A stretch of 42,127 nt of DNA from the UHGV virus genome UHGV-0229413, one strand, 5' to 3'. A model generated the notes under the pieces. That model saw only the letters and a list, made by a program, of their open reading frames with translations. It did not search any database and was not told the origin of the DNA. The stretch is from a virus. A program made the position numbers and the translations under genes. Of this stretch, positions 27,689 to 35,705 are shown in pieces (the first letter of the stretch is position 1; each line of letters starts with the position of its first letter).

Positions 27689-27726
27689 ACCGTCTCTGTT
27701 GGCACAGGGGCGGTATTTTTTACGCC
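27689..27726 (+). repeat. hairpin repeat A (10-bp stem accgtctctg/caggggcggt plus T-run)
   Basis: about 30 of 38 positions identical to repeat B, with base changes that keep the stem paired. Confidence 0.5.
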
Positions 27727-27953
27727 TATGCTGCTTTGTTATAATCAACTACTGCAAACTCGGTCAGCATAGTTTTGAGTTTTTCCAGAATAGTTTCAAT
27801 TTTCTTCAGGGTAACACCATTCAGATATTCTTCGCCACATTGAGTACATTTTTTACAAGGAACATTCTTGATGATAATGTAACAATTGTTATATTCTGTC
27901 ATATAAGTCGTTGTAGATTCTTCTACATTACCTTTACATGTAAAACACATCAT
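27726..27953 (-). CDS. YgiT-type zinc-ribbon protein (MqsA-N-terminal-like, 75 aa)
   Basis: CFTC...(25)...CKKCTQCGEEY pattern; AAAGGAGA ribosome-binding site; 87 nt upstream of Uma2 on the same strand. Confidence 0.65.
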   Translation of the reverse strand: MMCFTCKGNVEESTTTYMTEYNNCYIIIKNVPCKKCTQCGEEYLNGVTLKKIETILEKLKTMLTEFAVVDYNKAA

Positions 27954-28038
27954 GATTTTTTCTCCTTTCTTGTCTCAAGATCCGATTCCCACTTTCCAAA
28001 TGTATTATGAATTACTGCCCTCAGTGGGGCAGGAGAGT

Positions 28039-29328
28039 TTAATGACATCTTTTACAAGGTTCGTATCCCATACTTTGTGCTTCACTCAAAGAGACTTGGC
28101 GAGCGTTATTAGGATTCATATTGCCACAATCAGGAACACTATGGTATTTACTTCCAGTAGCAGATAACCATACAGAAGCTTCTTGAGGCTGTTGGGTCTG
28201 TTGAGCAGCCGCTTGCTGTTCTGCAGCTATTCTGGCAGCTTCAGCTTCTTGTTGTGCTTGAAGTTCAGCTTGTCTTTGAGCTTCTTGCTGTGCCTGAATC
28301 TCAGCCTGTTTTCGTGCTTCTTCTTGCGCTTGTTGTGCGGCCAATGCTGCGGCTTCTTCATCCATTTTTGCAAAAGATGCATCGATTTGTTCCAAAGCGG
28401 AAACAGTTGTATTACTTTCCGCTGTATCGGTTTGGCAATAAACATTTTTGATGCTTTGATAAAGACTACGTCCGAGATTAGAACGAGTGTCAGCATCATC
28501 ATATTTGTAATCAAGAAGATACCCGTACCAAAGGTATTTTTGCATACATGATTCATCCGTATAATATTGATGTGCTGCTGATCTTATATCGTTAATAATT
28601 AAAGTCGCTTGCTCATCTGATAAAGCAGAAGCATTTTCCTTCGCAGTGAGAGAAATTTGTTTAATCATTCCAGATGTTCCAATATCAGCAGTAAATACTG
28701 GCGTTTGCAACAAATCTCCTGTAAGAGAAACGGCATTTATAGTCTTCTTATCGGAAGTAGATTTTTTGGCTGTTGCCGACTTTTGGCTTGTATCAGCCTT
28801 ATTATTGGCAATAGTTTGTTCCTGTTTAGCTTCAGTACTACTGTTTTTATCTGAATCACTTTCCGATGAAGGCGGTATTGACATAAAAAGTAGTAGGGAA
28901 GTTATAAATATAATTGAACAAATCGCGACATTTCTCTTCCTAAATTTAGAATATTTTTTACTTTTTAGAAAATAGATTGTAGCAGGAATGGCAAGAATCC
29001 AGAAAGCGGGATATAAAGCTATAGCAAACGTCATTGCAATCAATCCTAAAACCAAAATAAGTATCCATCCAAGACATCCCATGTTCTTTATATTAAAACC
29101 ACCTGTGTTGGAGCGATTCTCGTCTTGCATTGAACCGGATCCTGCATTAGATGTTTCAGTATAGTATAATCCACTTCCAGGGATACCAATACTTTTAGTT
29201 GTTTTACCTTTTGAATTAACAGTGTAATGAACTCCTTTCCCTCCAAATGTAATACTTTGACTCTTTTTTCCGAAGTTTAATTTTACTCCTGGAGCAATTT
29301 TGAAACTTTTTCTAAATCTAAGCCCCAT
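28039..29328 (-). CDS. DUF4236-domain membrane protein with low-complexity linker, coiled-coil Q/A/E repeats and Cys/His-containing C-terminus
   Basis: N-terminal 'MGLRFRKSFKIAPGVKLNFGKKSQSITFGGKG...GIPGSGLYYTE'; two TM helices; (QAQQEA)n; ends ...YHSVPDCG...CKRCH; start set at the ATG with an AGGAAG ribosome-binding site. Confidence 0.6.
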   Translation of the reverse strand: MGLRFRKSFKIAPGVKLNFGKKSQSITFGGKGVHYTVNSKGKTTKSIGIPGSGLYYTETSNAGSGSMQDENRSNTGGFNIKNMGCLGWILILVLGLIAMTFAIALYPAFWILAIPATIYFLKSKKYSKFRKRNVAICSIIFITSLLLFMSIPPSSESDSDKNSSTEAKQEQTIANNKADTSQKSATAKKSTSDKKTINAVSLTGDLLQTPVFTADIGTSGMIKQISLTAKENASALSDEQATLIINDIRSAAHQYYTDESCMQKYLWYGYLLDYKYDDADTRSNLGRSLYQSIKNVYCQTDTAESNTTVSALEQIDASFAKMDEEAAALAAQQAQEEARKQAEIQAQQEAQRQAELQAQQEAEAARIAAEQQAAAQQTQQPQEASVWLSATGSKYHSVPDCGNMNPNNARQVSLSEAQSMGYEPCKRCH

Positions 29329-29544
29329 TTTTTCTTCCTTTCTTCGGCCCATACATAACACCACATATATAAACGCCATGGCGATTATATTGATTCCACA
29401 ACCGCTAAATGATGAGTAAAATAAATGACATAGTTATCTACAGCAATACATACACCACGAGTCCTTATTAGCAGTCAATACTTTCTTACATATATTCGGA
29501 TGTGTATACAGTCCCTATTTGTGAACTTAACGGGATAGTTTATT

Positions 29545-30072
29545 TTACAATCCAAGTATTTGTCTTTTCTTAATTTCAAACTCATCTCTCGTAATTATTC
29601 CTTGATCAAGAAGTGACTTGAATTTCAAAATTTCATCTGCACCACTTACGTTCGATGACTGAACAACTGGGGAAGATTGAAATTTGTAAGAGTCTATAGC
29701 TGCATTAAGTGAATCTACAAAAGAACCAATGCATCCTTTATCTATATTTTCGATTTTTATGGCAGATGCACCATCTTGTATTGTAATTGAACCGAGTAAT
29801 AATCCGCGTTTTTGTGAGATGCTGTTGATTTTATCGAGCGGCAGCTCCCTTTGCTTTAATCCGTATAGCATTCCTTTGTCTAAGAAAATCACTCTTCTAT
29901 CTGTTAGTGCAATAATCCACGTGTTTCCATCAAGAAATCCGGAGATCAGTCCAAGAACACGTTCATCCGGGTTGAGAATTTCTGGAAGATACGAAACCTC
30001 TTTCTTGGTTCCAAACATATTGAATGTAGGTAATTGCTTCAATTCTCTCATTACGCTTTGCTTTTCTCTCAT
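29545..30072 (-). CDS. bacterial PH-domain (bPH_2/YdbS-like) protein with C-terminal SHOCT motif
   Basis: central PH-like region; C-terminal 'ADEILKFKSLLDQGIITRDEFEIKKRQILGL' matches the SHOCT pattern. Confidence 0.55.
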   Translation of the reverse strand: MREKQSVMRELKQLPTFNMFGTKKEVSYLPEILNPDERVLGLISGFLDGNTWIIALTDRRVIFLDKGMLYGLKQRELPLDKINSISQKRGLLLGSITIQDGASAIKIENIDKGCIGSFVDSLNAAIDSYKFQSSPVVQSSNVSGADEILKFKSLLDQGIITRDEFEIKKRQILGL

Positions 30073-30140
30073 ACTAAAACTCCTTTTCCTAAGTACTTTA
30101 ACACCACTTTACTCTATATAAACGCCGAAGCGGTTATATC

Positions 30141-30779
30141 TTAAAATTTTCCTCTTAATTCTACAACCTTACCAATGATACGAACTGGTTTGCTGAGAAT
30201 TTCTTCATTGGAGAAGAACATCGGTTCATAACTTGGATTATTTGAAATCAATTCAATTCCATCTCTGTATTTACGGAGTCTTTTACAGGTAGCTTCATGA
30301 CCATTGATTGTGGCAATGACAACGTCACCGGATTCTGCATCATTTTGTTGGCGAACGATGACAACATCGTTTTCATAGATCCTTGGTTCCATGCTGTTAC
30401 CTTTTATTTTCAGCCCAAAGAATTCTCCGGTCTTTGCCATTTCTTCTGTGATTTCTTCCGTATCAATAATTTCCTCAATAGCATCAATGGGGATACCGGC
30501 GGCAACACGGCCAAGAACGTTGATTGTGACACCTGTGTGGGCAGTGGAATGCGATTGAGTAGTTTTGTCTTCCATTAAGTCAGACCTTTTGCAATGGAAA
30601 ATGTCACACATTGCATCTACTTTATCCATTCTGGGGGTTTTTATGCCATTACACCAATTATATACAGAAGTAGTACCGACACCGAGAAGTTTTGAAAGTT
30701 CTAGTTGTGTCATTTCATATTTGGTTAAGTAATAACGCAAACGTTCAGAAAATATTTGGTTAAATTCTCGCTCTGACAT
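30141..30779 (-). CDS. CI/LexA-like repressor (XRE HTH plus S24 peptidase)
   Basis: HTH 'MTQLELSKLLGVGTTSVYNWCNG'; S24 motifs 'GNSMEP' (Ser) and 'CKRL' (Lys); GAGGTGA ribosome-binding site; divergent from the cro-like gene. Confidence 0.85.
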   Translation of the reverse strand: MSEREFNQIFSERLRYYLTKYEMTQLELSKLLGVGTTSVYNWCNGIKTPRMDKVDAMCDIFHCKRSDLMEDKTTQSHSTAHTGVTINVLGRVAAGIPIDAIEEIIDTEEITEEMAKTGEFFGLKIKGNSMEPRIYENDVVIVRQQNDAESGDVVIATINGHEATCKRLRKYRDGIELISNNPSYEPMFFSNEEILSKPVRIIGKVVELRGKF

Positions 30780-30940
30780 TTCAGTCACCTCATTTCTTAT
30801 GATGATTATAGTATATACCAAAGGTGGTTTTATTTCAATAAAAAATCAAAATAGTTTCACTTTAAGTATTGACACACACTTAAAATGATGATACTATATA
30901 CTTGTATCAAAGAGGGAGTGGTTCAGAGAAAGAAGAGGTG

Positions 30941-31156
30941 ATGCAATTGGAAAAATTACAGATCAGTCTTGCAGCGGCTAGAGTTAATGCAGAGATGACA
31001 CAAGAAGATGTGGCAAAAGAAATGCATGTATCAAAAAATACGGTGCTTAATTGGGAAAAGGGGAAAGTCATACCTAATTTCGCAACATTAAATACATTGT
31101 CTGCATTATATAAAATACCAACAGATAATATTTTTTTGCCTCCAAAATCCACATAA
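30941..31156 (+). CDS. Cro-like XRE-family HTH regulator
   Basis: 'MTQEDVAKEMHVSKNTVLNWEKGK' HTH; divergently arranged to the CI-like gene across a ~120-bp AT-rich region. Confidence 0.6.
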   Translation: MQLEKLQISLAAARVNAEMTQEDVAKEMHVSKNTVLNWEKGKVIPNFATLNTLSALYKIPTDNIFLPPKST

Positions 31157-31168
31157 AGTGATATAATA

Positions 31169-31330
31169 TTGTATAAAACTGACAAAACAGCGTATCAAGT
31201 ATCAAAAGATACAGGGATTGCTCAATCGGTATTATCCGATTGGAAAAGAGGTAGGAGTAAACCTAAAGCAGAAAAACTAAAAATTCTAGCAGATTACTTC
31301 GGCGTAAGTGTTGAGTATTTCTTGGAGTAG
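31169..31330 (+). CDS. XRE-type HTH protein, possibly N-terminally truncated (TTG start, no ribosome-binding site)
   Basis: '...SDWKRGRSKPKAEKLKILADYFGVSVEYFLE' paralogous to the 32410 gene; lacks a convincing start. Confidence 0.3.
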   Translation: MYKTDKTAYQVSKDTGIAQSVLSDWKRGRSKPKAEKLKILADYFGVSVEYFLE

Positions 31331-31364
31331 GAAGGATTGATAGGAAGTGAGAGAAGTGGATGCG

Positions 31365-31526
31365 ATGAAAAGTTATAGAAATGCAGAGCGCTTAGCAAAG
31401 GAAATTATAGAAATGTGTACAGAAAAAGGAATCACATTAAAAGAATTACAAATGCTAAAGACCGCCCTGCCGATTGCGATTGATCAAAAGGTAGAAGAAT
31501 ACCTATCGAGGGAAAGATTATCGTAA
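31365..31526 (+). CDS. small hypothetical protein (53 aa)
   Basis: ATG after a purine-rich ribosome-binding site; MKSYRNAERLAKEIIEMCTEKG... Confidence 0.3.
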   Translation: MKSYRNAERLAKEIIEMCTEKGITLKELQMLKTALPIAIDQKVEEYLSRERLS

Positions 31527-31881
31527 ATCACTCTTACCCTCTTCCATAGAGTTGCGAATTTGATTTAGCAAACTTCTGTACTTCATACCATACTCAAAAG
31601 CATTCGATTCACTGATTTCGATATTTTGTTGTTGGTAATAAAGGACAGTAGCGGCAACGGCTAAATCATGAGTACGTTGTTCTAAACTGATTTCATCGTA
31701 CATATTATCACTCCTTTCGTAATACTCGGTGCTGCAACACCTGTAATTACAGTATAGGAGACAAAATGGTAAAAGACAACAGATGTGAAGGTGTTGATCA
31801 GCACATTATAATATGCCATTTTCAGAAAAATAAATAGTGCAGAAATAATACGGGGATCTTCCATCCCCGAACCCCTGGAAT

Positions 31882-31927
31882 CCTTGTTATAACAGTAATA
31901 GAAAAAATTATTACCGTTATAACAAGG
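31882..31927. repeat. 46-bp inverted repeat (18-bp arms matching 17/18, 10-nt spacer) containing GTTATAAC palindromic cores
   Basis: ccttgttataacagtaat agaaaaaatt attaccgttataacaagg; more TGTAACA copies at ~31990 and 32344-32366. Confidence 0.6.
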
Positions 31928-32409
31928 CTAAAAATGGGATATTTTAATTTTCCGAATTCTGCAAATTATGGCATCAAATAAAATGCGTTGTAACAGTGAA
32001 GGTGAATATTTCCATCTTGTAGACAACTGCATATATAAAATGGCCACACTTGAGGAAACAAGAACGACCATCCGAGTAAGTAACATGATGCTTACGGAAT
32101 TTTCAAATTTAGAAGAATGATACCTGGATATCAGCACCTAAACGATTAAGCCTAGGTGCCGAAAGAGCTCTTATATATCGTATTCATCTAAGATTTTCCA
32201 AATCTGTAAAATAAGTACAACACATTCGAGAATATTTTTGAAAAATTCCCTTAAGCCCCACCTCCTTTCCTGGAGGTATCCTTTAAAGCGTTACTCCTTA
32301 ATAAACTCCTTTCCGGCTAATAGCCTTTAGAAAATTATCTAAGTGTAACAAGGTTATTGTAACAGATATATGCAGTTGTATACAAGATGGAAAACAAAAG
32401 GAGGGAATT

Positions 32410-32592
32410 ATGATACTTAAAAAAATTTTAAAGCTGGCAGAGAAGAACAACATCTCAATCAGCTGTCTTGAGAAAACTCTGGGCTTTGGAAACGGAACAA
32501 TTAAGAAGTGGGGAGAATCGTCTCCAAGTGTGGATAAGCTGAAAAAGGTAGCAGATTACTTCGGCGTATCAGTGGATTATTTTCTTGAGTAG
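32410..32592 (+). CDS. XRE-family HTH regulator (60 aa)
   Basis: AAAAGGAGGG ribosome-binding site; 'ISISCLEKTLGFGNGTIKKW' HTH; C-terminus ADYFGVSVDYFLE. Confidence 0.55.
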   Translation: MILKKILKLAEKNNISISCLEKTLGFGNGTIKKWGESSPSVDKLKKVADYFGVSVDYFLE

Positions 32593-32609
32593 GAAGCGAG
32601 GCGAGGAAG

Positions 32610-32984
32610 ATGTGGATTTCAAGGAAAAAATGGGATTATCTGTTACTTCGCATCAAAAAGTGTGAAGACGATATCAGGAATCAAAAAGAGAATACAGAAA
32701 GTTTAGTTAGAAATACTGCAAAAAAAATCCTCGAACAGCCAAATGAACTGCACGAGGAAATTCAAGGGATTGAACATATTGAAAAGTATGTTGATGAGTT
32801 TATTGGTCTTGATAAGGAACGTGAGGTAAGAAAGATGTGCGAACCTAAAAAGGTGGATGAGTTAATTGATAAAGTTTGTTACAGGATTATAGAAGATCTT
32901 TCGCATGGTGAATTAGGAAAAACATTGTCAGAAGAAATTAAGGCTCTGGAAGACTTGATCACTGCCAGAGCGAGGTATTACTAA
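32610..32984 (+). CDS. hypothetical protein (124 aa)
   Basis: ribosome-binding site GAGGAAG; helical, acidic. Confidence 0.45.
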   Translation: MWISRKKWDYLLLRIKKCEDDIRNQKENTESLVRNTAKKILEQPNELHEEIQGIEHIEKYVDEFIGLDKEREVRKMCEPKKVDELIDKVCYRIIEDLSHGELGKTLSEEIKALEDLITARARYY

Positions 32985-33065
32985 TCATCATTTTGGAGGA
33001 GATAAACCAAAAGAAAGTAATCCCGCCACGGATGTTGCGAAGACAATAGAAGGAAGTGATAAAAA

Positions 33066-33299
33066 ATGAACACTACAATTGCGTTAAAAGAAACATTAAA
33101 AACTGCAGAAATTGCAAAGATTACCGGTTGCTCCGTGAATGAAGTACGATACCGCATGAGACACAACATCTGGACATTTGGAGTCGTGCGGAAGACCGGG
33201 GCAGTAAAGAAACACTATGAAGCTACTATTTCCGAAGTGGCTGAGTTCTTCAGACTGAGCCGGGAGGAAGTTATCAGGAGGTTAAACGATGGGAAATAA
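33066..33299 (+). CDS. HTH_17/excisionase-like small DNA-binding protein
   Basis: 'KTAEIAKITGCSVNEVRYRM' HTH; size and position fit an Xis-like role. Confidence 0.45.
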   Translation: MNTTIALKETLKTAEIAKITGCSVNEVRYRMRHNIWTFGVVRKTGAVKKHYEATISEVAEFFRLSREEVIRRLNDGK

Positions 33300-33469
33300 G
33301 AGATTAACCATACAAAGAGTTGATCAATTCATCAGGCTCCTGGGAGCAACTGAAAAAGTGAACGGGTATGCAGAACAGCAGAAGCAGCATGCGATTGCCT
33401 GTTTAAATAATTATTGCAGGGAGTTGGAGTATCAAAATAGAAAATCAGTAAAAATCAAAGGAGAAACAG

Positions 33470-33628
33470 ATGGACCAAAGGATCTTGAACATGACAGCAG
33501 GGCAAGTTCTGGAATACGGAGCACTTGTCAGCAGGAGGGATGAACTGAGGCAGCTTCAGGAAAATGAAGAAGTAACTGCAGAATTGAATCTGATAGAGGA
33601 GAGGATCAAAGAACTTGGATTTGAATGA
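33470..33628 (+). CDS. small hypothetical protein (52 aa)
   Basis: AAAGGAGAAACAG ribosome-binding site then ATG; overlaps the 3' end of ORF 33289-33543 in another frame; which of the two is real is unresolved. Confidence 0.3.
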   Translation: MDQRILNMTAGQVLEYGALVSRRDELRQLQENEEVTAELNLIEERIKELGFE

Positions 33629-33649
33629 AGAGAAGGAGAGGAAACAGAT

Positions 33650-33934
33650 ATGGATCATTCGCTGGCAGTCCGGCAGAATACGGAGCGAATATGGAACATA
33701 CGAAGAGGCGAAACAGGTAGCAGAAGAAATCGGAGGAGAGTACATCATTGTATGAGCTTCAGGGAGAGAAGAAAGATTCGGTATACTTTGGAACTGTTGC
33801 GGATTCTGGAAGCGGCTGCAGCAGTATGCACAGTGATGATGATAGAAGCGGGAACATTGTGGATAGGAATGATACTCGTTATTTTGGTGATTGAGTTCTG
33901 TTGCCGATACATAGAAAAAAGTATAAAAAAGTAG
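33650..33934 (+). CDS. small Arg-rich protein with C-terminal TM helix
   Basis: GGAGAGGAAACAG ribosome-binding site; 94 aa. Confidence 0.35.
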   Translation: MDHSLAVRQNTERIWNIRRGETGSRRNRRRVHHCMSFRERRKIRYTLELLRILEAAAAVCTVMMIEAGTLWIGMILVILVIEFCCRYIEKSIKK

Positions 33935-33963
33935 TGCACCTGCCGCAAACAGATGCACCGGAT

Positions 33964-34075
33964 ATTTTGCCAATACAAACAAAATAAAAACCCATTTATA
34001 TTGTACACCTGTATTGGCAAAATGTCAAAGAAAATGAGAGCAAAAAGCTCCCGTTTTTCACTTGATAAGAATATT
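33964..34075 (+). other. putative rolling-circle double-strand origin: 14-bp perfect inverted repeat (33964-33977 / 34010-34023) and CTTGATA nick-type motif (34061-34067) just upstream of rep
   Basis: attttgccaataca...tgtattggcaaaat; 'cacttgataagaat' matches the pC194-family nick consensus CTTGATA. Confidence 0.45.
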
Positions 34076-34095
34076 AAACTTAGGAGCAAAACAGG

Positions 34096-34818
34096 ATGTA
34101 TAAACGAAAGAGTTATGACCTGGGAGACATCAGAGAAGTGATGGAGTATCACAATGGGAGATATGGTGCTCCGGGAATGCCGAGAATGAAAAAGAAGAAA
34201 GCCACACCGGAGCAGATCAGGAAAGTGAATCAGTGGAATAAAGAACGGCGGTGCTGGAGAAAGATGAAGCTGAACTTTCAGGAGAATGACTACTGGGTGA
34301 CATTGACTTATAAGCCGGAGAACAGGCCAGAAGATATGGAGAACGCAGCAAAAGACATCAGGAAGTGGCTCAATAAAGTACGGACAGAATACAAGAAACG
34401 GGGAGCAGAACTGAAATGGATGCTGCATACCGAGATTGGAAGCCGAGGTGGTGTTCATCATCATCTGGTCATCAACCGGATTCCGGATGCAGATTTGATT
34501 ATGCGAAAGGTATGGGACAAGGGTGGAGTCCACATGGATTTGATGTATGACGAGGGTGGGTTTCGAAAACTGGCCGAGTATTTAAGCAAGACACCGGATG
34601 AAGAAAACAAACTAAAAGAGAGCCGGTACTCCTGCAGCAGAAATCTGAAGATTCCGGTTGCGGAAGTAAAGACATATAAAAGAAAAACATGGAGTGACGA
34701 GCCGAAACCGCCAAAAGGCTATTATCTTGACAAAGAAACATACCATGAAGGAATCAATCCGGTAACAGGATACAAATACCGAAGATACATCCTGATCCGT
34801 TTGAACAGGAGAATTTGA
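34096..34818 (+). CDS. rep: Rep_1 (pC194/pUB110-type) rolling-circle replication initiator
   Basis: three HUH-family motifs in order: 'WVTLTYK' (motif 1), 'GGVHHHLVIN' (motif 2, metal-binding His), 'LAEYLSKTPDEE' (motif 3, catalytic Tyr). Confidence 0.65.
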   Translation: MYKRKSYDLGDIREVMEYHNGRYGAPGMPRMKKKKATPEQIRKVNQWNKERRCWRKMKLNFQENDYWVTLTYKPENRPEDMENAAKDIRKWLNKVRTEYKKRGAELKWMLHTEIGSRGGVHHHLVINRIPDADLIMRKVWDKGGVHMDLMYDEGGFRKLAEYLSKTPDEENKLKESRYSCSRNLKIPVAEVKTYKRKTWSDEPKPPKGYYLDKETYHEGINPVTGYKYRRYILIRLNRRI

Positions 34819-34819
34819 T

Positions 34820-35257
34820 ATGAAAGCATTGAATATTTACATACAGACAAGTCTGACGGGTCCATGTATCAAAGATGGGTGCTGGGCGGCTGCAATCGAA
34901 TATCAGACAAGGAAAGGTCCGGCAGTCAAAGGAATATGTGGGGCGGAGAAAGAGACAACGTATTATCGCCTGGTACTGCTTGGAATCGTAGAATCCTTAA
35001 AAACACTAAATACGGCATGCCATGTGACCTTATATACAGACTGTATTTTTATCAAGAATATGATTGAAAACGGAAAACCGGAGCAGTGGAAACGGTCAGA
35101 GTGGAGAAAGCCATCTGGAAAGGGGATCAAGAATCCAGAATTATGGCAGCAGTATCAGGAACTGGCAGAGCGGAATGAAATAGCCGTCAGATTTAGTAAA
35201 CATCACGATTACGTGGAAAAATTAGAGAAATTACTGGAGGAAAAACAGCATGTTTGA
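34820..35257 (+). CDS. RNase H-like (RNase HI fold) protein
   Basis: 'VTLYTDCIFIKNMI...W...NPELWQ...KHHDYVE' follows the RNase HI template, but the first catalytic Asp position reads 'IYIQTSL'. Confidence 0.5.
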   Translation: MKALNIYIQTSLTGPCIKDGCWAAAIEYQTRKGPAVKGICGAEKETTYYRLVLLGIVESLKTLNTACHVTLYTDCIFIKNMIENGKPEQWKRSEWRKPSGKGIKNPELWQQYQELAERNEIAVRFSKHHDYVEKLEKLLEEKQHV

Positions 35258-35705
35258 TGTATTTGGAAATTTTGATTCCGTAGAAGAATTGAATGCATGT
35301 GCAAAAGGACTTTTGGAGGAGCAGGATCTGGAGCATTTAAAAGTGCTGGCAGAGGAAAACGGGATTCCGGATGGAATCCGGGAAGTATATGAGCAGCATC
35401 TGTCGGAAGAACTGGTAGATTTAGTAAATGCGGCACTTGGAAAGCTTCAGATCGAGTTAAAGGAGGAAACGGACGGGATGCCGGCAGGAGAGATCGTGTC
35501 GTATCTGTCCATGAGGTGCTTCGAAAAAGAAACTCTGGCAAAAGCAGTAAGAAGAAAGAACCGGACACTCAAAGAATGTCTGAAGCATATCCGGAAAGAA
35601 GCAGAAAAAAGAGTCAAAGAAAGAAGCGGGTCACAAATGGTGGCAATGCCGGATCTGGAAGTATTTGCCATGGCAGAAGAATACTATCTGGAGGCGGAGA
35701 AATGA
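35250..35705 (+). CDS. hypothetical acidic protein (151 aa)
   Basis: ATG overlaps the upstream stop; ends TGA overlapping the next ATG. Confidence 0.45.
   Translation: MFDVFGNFDSVEELNACAKGLLEEQDLEHLKVLAEENGIPDGIREVYEQHLSEELVDLVNAALGKLQIELKEETDGMPAGEIVSYLSMRCFEKETLAKAVRRKNRTLKECLKHIRKEAEKRVKERSGSQMVAMPDLEVFAMAEEYYLEAEK

Noticed and set aside
27524-27772. Plus-strand 82-aa ORF across the Uma2 and zinc-finger genes' intergenic region
   Set aside because: It is antisense to Uma2 with no ribosome-binding site. However, the plus-oriented terminator-like hairpins here leave open an antisense RNA (see the nuclease-pair finding).
35516-35701. N-terminal 62-aa extension of the PcfJ-like ORF (MLRKRNSGKSSKKK...)
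   Set aside because: It overlaps the 3' end of the preceding gene in another frame, and a good ribosome-binding site plus ATG at 35702 gives a clean start. The extension is most likely an untranslated read-through of the open frame.
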